Shown piece by piece: positions 22,748 through 32,950 of a stretch of DNA of 64,000 nt. How positions within the stretch are numbered: the first letter of the stretch is position 1; each line of letters opens with the position of its first letter. The position numbers and the translations under genes were made by a program. Under the pieces are notes generated by a model that had not been told where the DNA came from, searched no databases, and saw only the letters and a list, made by a program, of their open reading frames with translations. The stretch comes from Microcystaceae cyanobacterium (GTDB taxonomy: Bacteria; Cyanobacteriota; Cyanobacteriia; Cyanobacteriales; Microcystaceae), in contig JBGTGT010000101.1 in the NCBI GenBank assembly GCA_041746575.1, positions 32,001 through 96,000 on the forward strand. The letters are read 5' to 3'.

Positions 22748-24664
22748 ATGATGATTGCAACGAAGACAGTCTTTCCCATTGATTTAAGTACCTATCAAAC
22801 CGTAACTTTAGATCCTAGCCAACCTGAATTAACCCAATCCCAAAAAGAAGCCCTCAAAGCGAATATTCAACTTTGTCGGGATGTTATCGTCTTTTTCACG
22901 GCAACCGGCGCGGCCAGAGGTGTCGGCGGACATACGGGTGGACCCTATGATACTATCCCCGAAGTGATGATTCTTGATGCTTTCTTCAGAGGTGCGCCTG
23001 ATCAATTTGTCCCCATTTTCTTCGATGAAGCCGGACATCGAGTCGCGACTCAATATCTAATGGCTGTGTTACGGGGGCATTTACCTGCCGAAAACCTGCT
23101 CCACTATCGAGAAGCTCACTCTAAACTGCCCGGCCACCCTGAATTAGGACTAACCCCCGGTGTGGAATTTAGTTCAGGACGCTTAGGCCATCTCTGGCCT
23201 TACATAAACGGGGTTGCCAAAGCGAATCCCCATAAAGTGGTCTTCTGTTTAGGGTCGGATGGAGCGCAACAAGAAGGAGATGATGCAGAGGCGGCCCGTT
23301 TTGCCGTTGCTAATGGTTTGAATGTTAAATTACTGATTGACGACAATGATGTAACCATTGCGGGTCATCCCTCCCAATATCTCCTCGGTTATGATCTGAG
23401 TCGTACGTTAGGTGGTCATGGTTTAGCCATTTTATCGGGCAAAGGTGAAGACTTAGATGACCTCTACCGTCGGATGTGTCAGGCAGTGACGACAGAAGGT
23501 CCCGTTGCCGTGATTAACTCGCGGAAAATGTGTGTTGGCATCGAGGGATTAGAAGGGTCAACCCATGGCCACGATGTTATTTCCCTTGATTTGGCGATCG
23601 CTTATTTAGAAGAGCGCGGTCATGATGAGGCGATCGCTTATCTTAAGAGTATTCCCAAAGGGAAAAATCCCAATACCTATCTGGGTTCAGGCAGTGAAAT
23701 GGGGTCAAACCGTAATATTTTCGGAGATACGGTAGTTTCGATTTTGTCCGAAATGAGTCAAACAGATCGCAAAGAGAAGATTCTTTGTGTCGATAGTGAC
23801 TTAGAAGGATCTTGTGGACTGCAACAAATTCGCAAAGCCTATCCTGACATCTTCGTCAGTGGGGGAATTATGGAACGAGGGAATTTCTCGGCGGCGGCCG
23901 GTTTTGGCATGGAAAAAGGAAAGCAGGGCATTTTTGCGACCTTTAGTGCCTTTCTAGAGATGTGTATCTCGGAAATTACCATGGCACGACTAAACTACTC
24001 TAATGTTCTTTGTCACTTTTCCCATGCAGGGATTGATGACATGGCAGATAATACCTGTCACTTTGGCTTAAATAATATGTTCGCTGACAATGGCCTAGAG
24101 GACGGTTATGAAACGCGTTTGTATTTTCCGGCCGATGCAGGACAAATGAAGGCCTGTGTGAAAGCCGTATTTGATGACCCTGGCTTACGGTTCATCTTTT
24201 CAACCCGCTCTAAAGTGCCAAATTTGTTGGATTCATCGGGAAATAACCTTTATGGCGAGGGTTATACCTTCACACCGGGCAAAGATGAAGTGGTACGAGA
24301 AGGGACAGCCGGTTATATTGTTACCTTCGGCGATAGTGTGTATCGTGCCTTAGATGCGGTGGAGCGATTGAATCAGGAAGGCATCGAAGTGGGATTAATC
24401 AACAAATCAACCTTAAATGTCGTAGATGAAGAGATGATGCGGAAAATCGGTCAATCTCCCTTTGTGATGGTGGTAGAAGCCTTTAATCGTCGTACGGGAT
24501 TAGGCAGTCGTTTCGGGTCTTGGTTATTGGAACGGGGTTACACACCCAAGTATGCTTACCTAGGAACCTATAAAGAAGGTTGTGGGGGACTGTGGGAACA
24601 ATATCCCCATCAAGGAATTGATTCGGAGGGAATTATCAGTCATGCTCGTAATTTATTAGGTTAA
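22748..24664 (+). CDS. Transketolase-like TPP enzyme (atypical subfamily)
   Basis: GGHTGG, GHPE, SSGRLGH, GSDG...EG TPP motif, GIMERG, TFSAF. Confidence 0.85.
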   Translation: MMIATKTVFPIDLSTYQTVTLDPSQPELTQSQKEALKANIQLCRDVIVFFTATGAARGVGGHTGGPYDTIPEVMILDAFFRGAPDQFVPIFFDEAGHRVATQYLMAVLRGHLPAENLLHYREAHSKLPGHPELGLTPGVEFSSGRLGHLWPYINGVAKANPHKVVFCLGSDGAQQEGDDAEAARFAVANGLNVKLLIDDNDVTIAGHPSQYLLGYDLSRTLGGHGLAILSGKGEDLDDLYRRMCQAVTTEGPVAVINSRKMCVGIEGLEGSTHGHDVISLDLAIAYLEERGHDEAIAYLKSIPKGKNPNTYLGSGSEMGSNRNIFGDTVVSILSEMSQTDRKEKILCVDSDLEGSCGLQQIRKAYPDIFVSGGIMERGNFSAAAGFGMEKGKQGIFATFSAFLEMCISEITMARLNYSNVLCHFSHAGIDDMADNTCHFGLNNMFADNGLEDGYETRLYFPADAGQMKACVKAVFDDPGLRFIFSTRSKVPNLLDSSGNNLYGEGYTFTPGKDEVVREGTAGYIVTFGDSVYRALDAVERLNQEGIEVGLINKSTLNVVDEEMMRKIGQSPFVMVVEAFNRRTGLGSRFGSWLLERGYTPKYAYLGTYKEGCGGLWEQYPHQGIDSEGIISHARNLLG

Positions 24665-24749
24665 CCCTCAAATAGATTCGTTTTGAGAGGAGGGGATACC
24701 GTTTCTTAGGTTGGGTTTTATTTGACCTATACATTGACATTTGCTGATC

Positions 24750-24909
24750 AACGTGAGTTCGACCATCAGAAAATCTACGAGACTTCTTTATTTAATTTTT
24801 TTGTGCAGGGGTTTTGGGGGGCTAGTACCCCAATCAAGAATTTGTTTTTCCTTATCCCAATGAGAACGGACAAAAAAATTGAGATAATTGCCCTCGTCGA
24901 ACTCACGTC
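24750..24909. mobile_element. MITE-like element (~160 bp)
   Basis: 13-bp inverted repeats ACGTGAGTTCGAC (24751-24763) / GTCGAACTCACGT (24896-24908); no transposase; flanks GATC/GATA. Confidence 0.7.
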
Positions 24910-25001
24910 GATAAGATCAAAAAGGCAAGAAAACTCGGTCAAAAATTGAATTTTAAGTTTTTGTGGCAAATTTTGAGCAGAATCCCTTTTCAACCTATCT
25001 C

Positions 25002-25052
25002 ATCTATCTTAAGATAGATTTTTTATGACTTAACGATCTATATTTAGACAGA
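25002..25052. promoter_or_regulatory. Tandem candidate operators (perfect 18-bp palindrome plus a degenerate copy)
   Basis: ATCTATCTTAAGATAGAT (25002-25019) and TCTATA-TTTA-GACAGA (25037-25052). Confidence 0.55.
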
Positions 25053-25176
25053 ATCCGTAAAAAATAGTAAGAATTATTCTACTATCAGTCTTGATTAGAT
25101 TTAGAATTATTTAACAGAAAATTTCAAAATTTCGACTTAACCTTTAATTGTTGTCAATACAAGGAAAAAATTCATC

Positions 25177-26805
25177 ATGCCCATTTTGACAAATATTAGT
25201 AACCTAATAGCGTTACCACTACCCATTGCTCAGCTGGATGTCAGAACAACACCTCCTTGGCTAGATTTTTATGGAGACAGTGCAGGAGACGAGCTCATAA
25301 GATTTGGTAAAGCCTTTCTTATTCTGATAATTGGCTGGATTGTCGCTATTATCATTAAAAATGTGGTGCGAGGACTGCTAAAACGCACCAGCATTGATAA
25401 TCAAATCGCCAGTTGGATTGGCGGCGAATCAGCTAGAGAAATCCCGATCGAAAGCTGGATTGCGGAAGTTGTTTTTTGGTTGATTTTTCTGTTTGCCGTG
25501 GTGGCCTTCCTCAACATCCTGCAATTAGAATCGGTTTCTCAACCTCTCAATAGTTTACTGGGGCAAATCACCGTTTTTATCCCTCGTATCCTCGGTGCAG
25601 CTGCCTTATTAGGTCTTGCTTGGGTGTTAGCGACATTAGTCAAATTGATTGTCACTCGCAGTTTTGAGCGATTTAACCTCGATCAACGACTAGGACAGGT
25701 CGATGAAGGGAGTAATCAGATCCCTTTAAGTTCAACCATCGGCAATGCTTTATATTGGTTCATTTTTCTGCTCTTTTTACCCGCTATCCTTAGCACTCTC
25801 AGCTTAGAAGGGACACTCGTTCCTGTTCAAAGTCTGCTCAATAAGATTTTAGACATCTTACCCAATGTCTTTGCGGCCATTATTTTAGGGGGTGTTGGTT
25901 GGATTATTGCTCAAATTGTTCGACGGGTGGTGACGAATCTCTTAGCGGCCACGGGAATTGATCAAGCGGGTAGTCGCTTTGGTTTTACTCGTAACTTGGG
26001 GGTTGGTCGTCAATCGCTCTCTTACATTTTAGGAACGGTCGTTTATGTCCTTATTTTAATTCCCACCGCTATTATTGCCCTAGATGCGTTGAAAATTAGA
26101 GCTATTTCAGATCCTGCCACGGAAATGCTCAATCAGGTACTGGCTCTCTTACCTAAACTCTTTGCCGCAACGGTGATTCTTGGATTGGCTTACATTGCCG
26201 GACAATATTTATCTCAACTGGTTGCCAGTATTCTCGCCAGTATCGGGTTTAATAACCTATTTCAATGGTTAGGTCTTGCCTCGGCGACACCCACACCCAC
26301 TCGGACGATGGTTGTCGACACGGATATCAATGAAATTGTTGAGACGACGCCGACGCGAACCCCTTCGCAAATTGCAGGGGTTATTGTCCTTGTCACAGTA
26401 ATGTTGATTGCCACCTTAACGGCGGTAGATATTCTGGAAATTGAAGCCCTAAAAACCGTAGTGGGCGTAATTTTGGCGATCGCCGGCCAAGTCTTTGTCG
26501 GCCTCGTCGTCTTTGCCATTGGACTTTATTTATCTAATTTGGCTTTTAACTTGATTACCAGTTCCCATACTCGTCAGTCAAGAATTCTAGGACATACGGC
26601 TCGAATTGCGATTCTTGTGCTTGTTTCAGCTATGGCATTACAACAGATGGGAATTGCACCCAATATCGTCAATTTAGCCTTTGGCTTATTAGTGGGTGGC
26701 ATTGCCGTAGCGATCGCCCTTGCTTTTGGTTTAGGGGGTCGAGAAGTGGCTGGTGAACAGTTACGCAGTTGGTTAAATACCTTTAAAAACAGTAATGATA
26801 GATAA
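25177..26805 (+). CDS. TM-helix-repeat / mechanosensitive-channel-related membrane protein
   Basis: Repeated P..L.A..IL..GW units; C-terminal IVNLAFGLLVGGIAVAIALAFGLGGRE. Confidence 0.85.
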   Translation: MPILTNISNLIALPLPIAQLDVRTTPPWLDFYGDSAGDELIRFGKAFLILIIGWIVAIIIKNVVRGLLKRTSIDNQIASWIGGESAREIPIESWIAEVVFWLIFLFAVVAFLNILQLESVSQPLNSLLGQITVFIPRILGAAALLGLAWVLATLVKLIVTRSFERFNLDQRLGQVDEGSNQIPLSSTIGNALYWFIFLLFLPAILSTLSLEGTLVPVQSLLNKILDILPNVFAAIILGGVGWIIAQIVRRVVTNLLAATGIDQAGSRFGFTRNLGVGRQSLSYILGTVVYVLILIPTAIIALDALKIRAISDPATEMLNQVLALLPKLFAATVILGLAYIAGQYLSQLVASILASIGFNNLFQWLGLASATPTPTRTMVVDTDINEIVETTPTRTPSQIAGVIVLVTVMLIATLTAVDILEIEALKTVVGVILAIAGQVFVGLVVFAIGLYLSNLAFNLITSSHTRQSRILGHTARIAILVLVSAMALQQMGIAPNIVNLAFGLLVGGIAVAIALAFGLGGREVAGEQLRSWLNTFKNSNDR

Positions 26806-26874
26806 TTAGAAAGGATTCACGGGTAACTGGTTAAGGGTAACGGGTTACCCATCAGCGATTACTGAAATAAAACC

Positions 26875-28233
26875 ATGGATTACGATTTTGATTTGTTTGT
26901 TATCGGCGGTGGCTCGGGAGGAATTGCTACCGCTAGACGGGCGGCTGAGTATGGTGCAAAAGTAGGACTGGCAGAAGGGGGGCGTTTAGGGGGAACGTGT
27001 GTAAATAAGGGCTGTATCCCCAAAAAATTGATGGTATATGCCTCCCGATTTCCCGATCAATTTGCCGAATCCCAAGGTTACGGATGGAGCGCGGTAGAAA
27101 GTCATCTTGATTGGCCAAAAATGATTAAGGCGGTTAATCAAGAGGTAGAGCGGCTCAATGGCATTTACTTAGGAATGTTAGAGAAAGCAAAGGTTCAGCT
27201 TTTTCGTGCTTATGCTCAATTTCTAGATCCTCACACTCTTAGGATCGGCGAGCAAACCGTCACTGCCGCTAAAATTTTAATCGCTGTAGGAGGTCACCCT
27301 GTAATACCAGATATTGCAGGAATTGAACACGCTGTCGTTTCGGATGCTATGTTTACCCTACCCCAACAACCGAAAAACATCGTCATTATCGGAGCAGGTT
27401 ATATTGGTGTAGAATTTGCGTGCATGATGCAAAAATTAGGTACGAAAGTGACCCAATTAGTCCGTAGGGATAAGATTTTGCAGGGATTTGACGATGATCT
27501 CCGCACAACGCTTCAAGAAGAACTGGAAAGACAGGGTATCACCCTTTTCACTCAGACAAATCTGATCACCATTGAAAAGACCTCAGAGGGGCTAAAAGTT
27601 TATATTGAGCAAGAAAAAAGCAAAAAATCAACAATCTTGCTCACAGATGCTGTCGGACTGGCGGCAACGGGACGAAATCCCCAGATAAATTCGTTAGGTT
27701 TAGAAAAGGCCGGCGTCGTCGTTACTAAAGGGGCGATCGCTGTTGATCAATATAGTTGTACCTCCCAACCCCATATCTACGCGGTAGGAGACTGTACTGA
27801 TCGGCTCAATTTAACGCCAGTGGCGATTAATGAAGGCAGAGCCTTTGCAGATACAGAATTCGGCGGAAAACCCCGCATAATGAGCCACGAAAATGTTCCC
27901 TCGGCGGTCTTTACCACGCCAGAAGCAGCCACAGTGGGGCTAACGGAAGCAGAAGCCAAAGAAAAATACGGAGAAAATGCTATTTCTGTTTATCGAACGA
28001 AGTTTCGCTCAATGTACTATATTTTGCCGAATAAAGACCAAAAAACCCTGATGAAGTTGGTGGTAGAAAAAGCAAGCGATCGCGTATTGGGGGCGCACAT
28101 GGTGGGAGATCATGGAGCGGAAATTATTCAAGGAATCGCAATTGCCGTAAAAATGGGCGCAAAAAAAGCAGATTTTGATGCAACCGTTGGTCTTCATCCC
28201 AGTTCAGCCGAAGAATTTGTCACTCTACGGTAA
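26875..28233 (+). CDS. gor: Glutathione-disulfide reductase
   Basis: GGGSGG, GGTCVNKGCIPKK, GAGYIG, HPSSAEE. Confidence 0.95.
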   Translation: MDYDFDLFVIGGGSGGIATARRAAEYGAKVGLAEGGRLGGTCVNKGCIPKKLMVYASRFPDQFAESQGYGWSAVESHLDWPKMIKAVNQEVERLNGIYLGMLEKAKVQLFRAYAQFLDPHTLRIGEQTVTAAKILIAVGGHPVIPDIAGIEHAVVSDAMFTLPQQPKNIVIIGAGYIGVEFACMMQKLGTKVTQLVRRDKILQGFDDDLRTTLQEELERQGITLFTQTNLITIEKTSEGLKVYIEQEKSKKSTILLTDAVGLAATGRNPQINSLGLEKAGVVVTKGAIAVDQYSCTSQPHIYAVGDCTDRLNLTPVAINEGRAFADTEFGGKPRIMSHENVPSAVFTTPEAATVGLTEAEAKEKYGENAISVYRTKFRSMYYILPNKDQKTLMKLVVEKASDRVLGAHMVGDHGAEIIQGIAIAVKMGAKKADFDATVGLHPSSAEEFVTLR

Positions 28234-28242
28234 TTATTCAAG

Positions 28243-30564
28243 TTAAATCAATAAATGTTCCGCTTTTTCTATTTTGTGGGGTTCTGACTGACGCACTGCT
28301 TCGATGGTGTGTAAAATAGCTTCTGGTGTCGCAGGAGAAGGTAAGGGAATGTAATCGGGATTGCCAAAGGCAGAAATGGCTTCTCGGATCGCTTCTCGGA
28401 CGGAAATCGCCAACATAAAGGGGGGTTCACCCACCGCTTTTGAGCCATAAATCACACCGGATTGAGGGGCATTTTCTAAGAAATTAACAGTAAATGCCTC
28501 AGGAATCTCGCTAATGGTGGGAATTTTATAAGTACTCGGTGCAAACGTGCGTAATCTGCCCTGTTCATCCCAAACTAATTCTTCCATCGTTAACCATCCC
28601 ATCCCTTGCACAAATCCGCCTTCAATTTGACCTTTATCTATTAAAGGATTGAGAGATGCCCCAACATCATGGACAATATTGACTTGACGGAGTTTAAAAG
28701 TCCCTGTGAATCCGTCTATCTCGACCTCACTGACTGCCGCACCAAAGGCATAATAATGAAAGGGTCGTCCTTTGCCAATTTCGGGATCATAATACAGATT
28801 GGGGGTGCGATAATAACCTGTTGCCGCTAAGCTGACTCTATCTAAATAAGCTTGTCCGATCACCTCGTCAAAACTTACTCTCTGGCGGGGATTTTCTGAG
28901 CAATAAATCCAATCATCACTGAAAATTAATGCTTCTGGGGCATAAAGCTCTAATAATTTAGCCGCAACGGGGGCAAGTCTTTCTTTTAACGCTTCACAAG
29001 CATTTTTCACCGCTTGTCCGTTTAAATCTGACCCACTGGAGGCGGCCGTTGGTGAGGTATTGGGAACTTTATCGGTACTGGTTGGCATCAGACGAAAACG
29101 GTTAATATTAACGCCTAAGGATTTCGCGGCTACTTGTAACATTTTAGTATGCAATCCTTGACCCATTTCAGTCCCCCCATGATTAAGCTGAATACTGCCA
29201 TCAAGGTAAATTAAAATTAATGATCCGGCTTGATTATATTCATTTTTAGTAAACGAAATGCCAAATTTGACGGGCGTAATAGCCAAGCCTCGTTTTTTGT
29301 AAGTATTGTGCTGATTGAATTGTTGAATCTGCGTTTTTCTTTCGATAAAATGAGCTTGCTCTTTGAGTTGTTGCCAGACCGTTTGTAGGCGATTATCCCA
29401 AATTTCTTGTCCATAATGGGTTGTATTGGTTTCTCCTTCGCTATGGTAAAAGTTGCGTTGGCGAATATCTTCAGGAGATACTTTGAGATGACGGGCAATG
29501 TGGTCTATGATGTCCTCTATGACGACCATTCCCTGTGGCCCCCCAAATCCCCGAAAAGCCGTATTAGAAACGGTGTGGGTTTTCGTAATCCGTCCCCGAA
29601 CCGCTAAATTAGGGATATAGTAAGCATTATCAATGTGAAATAGAGCGCGTCCCATTACGGGTGGGGATAAATCTAAACTCCATCCACCATGGGAATATAA
29701 ATCAACGTCTAAGGCGGTAATTGCGCCTTTTGAGGTAAATCCAACGCGATAACAGCCTAAGAAGCCATGACGCTTTCCAGTCATCAACATATCGTCGTGA
29801 CGCTTTAAGTGAACTCGGACAGGTTGCCCCGTTTTTTGTGCCGCTAAGGCTGCCACTGCCGCGCTAGGATTGGCTTGGGTTTCTTTGCCGCCAAATCCCC
29901 CTCCCATTCGTAAACACGTCACCACCACTTGATTGCGAGAAATGCCTAACACCCGCGCAATGATAATCTGGGTTTCGGTGGGATGTTGAGTAGAGCAATA
30001 GACTTGATAATGACCTTCAGTGTCGGGAATCACCCAAGTTGCTTGTGTTTCGAGGTAAAAGTGGTCTTGTCCTCCCATTTCCACTTCTCCTTCTAATGTG
30101 TATTCTGATTTTTCTAAAGCAGTGATGGGATTGCCTCTCGTAATACTTTGAGTGTTTCCTTGAAAACTTTCGGCTTGTATTGCATCTTTGATGGTGATAA
30201 TTGGGTTCAAAGGATCATATTCAATCTTGACTCGCTTTGTGCCTTCTCTAGCGGCATTTTCTGTCTCGGCAACAACCCAGACTACCGCCTGTCCATAATA
30301 ACTGACTTCATCAGTTGGCAGTAAAATTTCATCTTGAGTAATTGTCCCTGTGTCATTAATGCCTGTCACATCGGCGGCAGTGATCACGGTGACGACGCCT
30401 GCTACCTCATAAGCAGAGGTCAAATCGATCTTTTGTATTTTAGCGTGAGCATAGGGAGATAAAACGGGATAAATTGATAGCATATCGCTGGGAATACGCT
30501 GATCATCGGTATAAGTGGCCTGCCCTGTAACGTGGTATTCTGCGCTTTCGTGATTTCTTTTCAT
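28243..30564 (-). CDS. xdhB: Xanthine dehydrogenase molybdopterin-binding subunit
   Basis: GQDHFYLE, GGGFGGKE, AFRGFGGPQG, PVKFGISF, SKAVGEPP. Confidence 0.93.
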   Translation of the reverse strand: MKRNHESAEYHVTGQATYTDDQRIPSDMLSIYPVLSPYAHAKIQKIDLTSAYEVAGVVTVITAADVTGINDTGTITQDEILLPTDEVSYYGQAVVWVVAETENAAREGTKRVKIEYDPLNPIITIKDAIQAESFQGNTQSITRGNPITALEKSEYTLEGEVEMGGQDHFYLETQATWVIPDTEGHYQVYCSTQHPTETQIIIARVLGISRNQVVVTCLRMGGGFGGKETQANPSAAVAALAAQKTGQPVRVHLKRHDDMLMTGKRHGFLGCYRVGFTSKGAITALDVDLYSHGGWSLDLSPPVMGRALFHIDNAYYIPNLAVRGRITKTHTVSNTAFRGFGGPQGMVVIEDIIDHIARHLKVSPEDIRQRNFYHSEGETNTTHYGQEIWDNRLQTVWQQLKEQAHFIERKTQIQQFNQHNTYKKRGLAITPVKFGISFTKNEYNQAGSLILIYLDGSIQLNHGGTEMGQGLHTKMLQVAAKSLGVNINRFRLMPTSTDKVPNTSPTAASSGSDLNGQAVKNACEALKERLAPVAAKLLELYAPEALIFSDDWIYCSENPRQRVSFDEVIGQAYLDRVSLAATGYYRTPNLYYDPEIGKGRPFHYYAFGAAVSEVEIDGFTGTFKLRQVNIVHDVGASLNPLIDKGQIEGGFVQGMGWLTMEELVWDEQGRLRTFAPSTYKIPTISEIPEAFTVNFLENAPQSGVIYGSKAVGEPPFMLAISVREAIREAISAFGNPDYIPLPSPATPEAILHTIEAVRQSEPHKIEKAEHLLI

Positions 30565-30706
30565 TGTGTATGTGTATTAGAAGGGTTAATCGTCAACAAT
30601 CTTTTACGATTATTAAAAAGTGAGAATTCTAGGGAAATTAATGTCTTTGTTAATTAGAAATACCCTATTATTTCTTTAATAAGCATTAATGATTATGGAT
30701 AATAAT

Positions 30707-32125
30707 TCATTGTCGATTCTCCATTTCTACAAAAAACTTTTCAAATAGATTTGCCACTAACATCTTGCGATATTCGGCACTTCCTCGTAAATCAGTCAAA
30801 GGGGTAAAAGTATCTTTCAAAAGGGATTTAATCTTTTGTATGGTATGAATATGCCAAGGTTTACCCTCTAAAATAGATTCTATTTCATAAGCTCGAATGG
30901 GTATCGCCGCTACCCCTCCATAACCGAGCCTTGCTTGAATAATAGATTGCTTCTCGTCTAAATCTACTGTAAATCCTGCCGCCACAATACTAATATCATC
31001 CGTTCCCCGTTTACCGATTTTATACGATTGACTGAGGCGACGCACCGTACCTAGCGGTAAGGTTTTGGGAATCTGGACAGAAACAATCACTTCTCCTTTT
31101 TTTAGGTCAGTTTGACGATATCCTTTAAAGAAATCGCCTAAAGGTAAAATCCGTTCTCCCTCAATCCCCGCAATACGTAACTTTGCATCTAAAGACAATA
31201 AAATGGGTGGCATATCGCCAATGGGTGATGCTGTACCGATATTTCCGCCTAAAGTCGCTCGATTTCGGACTTGACGTGCAGCAAACCAATGAATCATTTC
31301 ATCTATACTGGGGAAGACGCCTTTTAATCGTTCTTCAATATGACTGAGGGTGACTGCTGCACCAATTTCTACTAATTCGCTGTTTTGTTCTAAAATATGC
31401 AACTCTGTTACGGATTCTAAGGAAATTAAGAGGGGATAATCTTGGCGATGATGACTCAATTCTAGGCCTAAATCCGTTCCTCCCGCGATTAAAGTTGCTT
31501 CTGGGTGGTGTTGTAAAAGGTGTAAAACCGTTTCTAAGTCAGTAGGACGATAAAATTGATGATTTTCGTCTTGATAAATGAATTCTTGAGGGTTTGAAGT
31601 ATATTGTTTTAATTTTTCACTAAAATGGTCTTGAGGACAACTATCCGTCACCATTTTGGCCGCTTGACGAATGGGTATATAACCAGTGCATCGACATAGA
31701 TTGCCTTCTACGGAGATATCATCTACTTTTCCATCATAATAGCCAGAAAATAAGCTCATTATAAAGCCGGGTGTGCAGTAACCACATTGGGAACCCCCAG
31801 TCTTCACCATAGCATTTTGTACGGGATGCAGTTGTCCGTCTTGCACGAGTCCTTCAACTGTCACGATTTCTTGGCCTAAAACCGAGCCTAGCGGGATAAG
31901 ACAGCTATTCATCGCTTGGTAGTGAGGTTTTCCTTCGGTATCTACCCCAATTAGGGCAACCGTACACGCACCGCAATCCCCATCACCACATCCTTCTTTT
32001 GTTCCTACATATTCTTTTTGTCGTAGATACTCTAATAAGGTTATAATTGGGGAAATATTTTTAATATTAATGATTTTTCCATTAATTTTTAGGATGGTCG
32101 TGCAGTTTGCTGTTTGAGTCATCAT
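30707..32125 (-). CDS. xdhA: Xanthine dehydrogenase 2Fe-2S/FAD subunit
   Basis: GTKEGCGDGDCGAC, QCGYCTPG, GNLCRCTGY, AGGTDL, ATLGGN. Confidence 0.92.
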   Translation of the reverse strand: MMTQTANCTTILKINGKIINIKNISPIITLLEYLRQKEYVGTKEGCGDGDCGACTVALIGVDTEGKPHYQAMNSCLIPLGSVLGQEIVTVEGLVQDGQLHPVQNAMVKTGGSQCGYCTPGFIMSLFSGYYDGKVDDISVEGNLCRCTGYIPIRQAAKMVTDSCPQDHFSEKLKQYTSNPQEFIYQDENHQFYRPTDLETVLHLLQHHPEATLIAGGTDLGLELSHHRQDYPLLISLESVTELHILEQNSELVEIGAAVTLSHIEERLKGVFPSIDEMIHWFAARQVRNRATLGGNIGTASPIGDMPPILLSLDAKLRIAGIEGERILPLGDFFKGYRQTDLKKGEVIVSVQIPKTLPLGTVRRLSQSYKIGKRGTDDISIVAAGFTVDLDEKQSIIQARLGYGGVAAIPIRAYEIESILEGKPWHIHTIQKIKSLLKDTFTPLTDLRGSAEYRKMLVANLFEKFFVEMENRQ

Positions 32126-32340
32126 ATTGCTATCAGTGAAGGAACAGGAAGGATCGTTTATTCAACTAGCATAATGGAATTTGAGATTTCCTGCATACTG
32201 TATACAATAGCAAGAAGCGAAACTATCTTTGCGAGTTTTTTACTTTATCTTTATAAAATTGGTCAAGTGGGGAATGTGAGTTAGTAATTCAGTCATTAAA
32301 ACGACTGCTCGAGTAAAAAGAAAAGATAACGGTATTTTTT

Positions 32341-32619
32341 ATGAACTCAACTTCTAATTTTGTCGCTTACTCTCACCCCATTCGCTCTATTATTCCTCCT
32401 CCTAAAGGATGGAATTACCAGCTTTCTCAAAATTCTTCTGGCAAGTGGTTGATTAAAATGTATTATCCTCCTCACAACAATACTAAAATATGGATTTTGC
32501 AACAAGTTACTGCCCAAAAGTGGTTACTTAGTATTGATGATATTCCTCAATTTTTTCTATCGCCTGAAAACGTTTTACACTTATTGAATCTTTTGCAACA
32601 AGAGCTTTGTTTTGAATAA
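32341..32619 (+). CDS. Hypothetical protein
   Basis: 92-aa ATG ORF in an AT-rich region, divergent from xdhA. Confidence 0.55.
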   Translation: MNSTSNFVAYSHPIRSIIPPPKGWNYQLSQNSSGKWLIKMYYPPHNNTKIWILQQVTAQKWLLSIDDIPQFFLSPENVLHLLNLLQQELCFE

Positions 32620-32950
32620 TATTCAATTAAAAAACAGGAACTGACACTTAAATAATTTTTGGTAACGCTATTGATTATCAAAAAACGCAATTTTGTATTA
32701 AACATGAAAACGCTAGTTTTTGGGTAGATTGAGATGCTAGACAAGAAAGAATAAGAGAAATATTAGAAAGTGATTCTCAGGATAATTGAATTGATGGTCT
32801 TAGGAGTGATGGCAAAATCATTAAATTACCAGTGACAAAATTATGCAATTAATGATAATAATAATTGTCTCGATTTATGAGTTTCTGAATAATTAGATAA
32901 CTTCCCCTCAAATTATTGTATAAATAATCTTACGCTTTAAAATAAACCTG

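Noticed and set aside
24722..24993. Two short ORFs on opposite strands
   Set aside because: They overlap the MITE and have no protein-like features
26820..26850. GGGTAAC heptamer-like repeats before gor
   Set aside because: Few, degenerate copies; ordinary cyanobacterial short intergenic repeats
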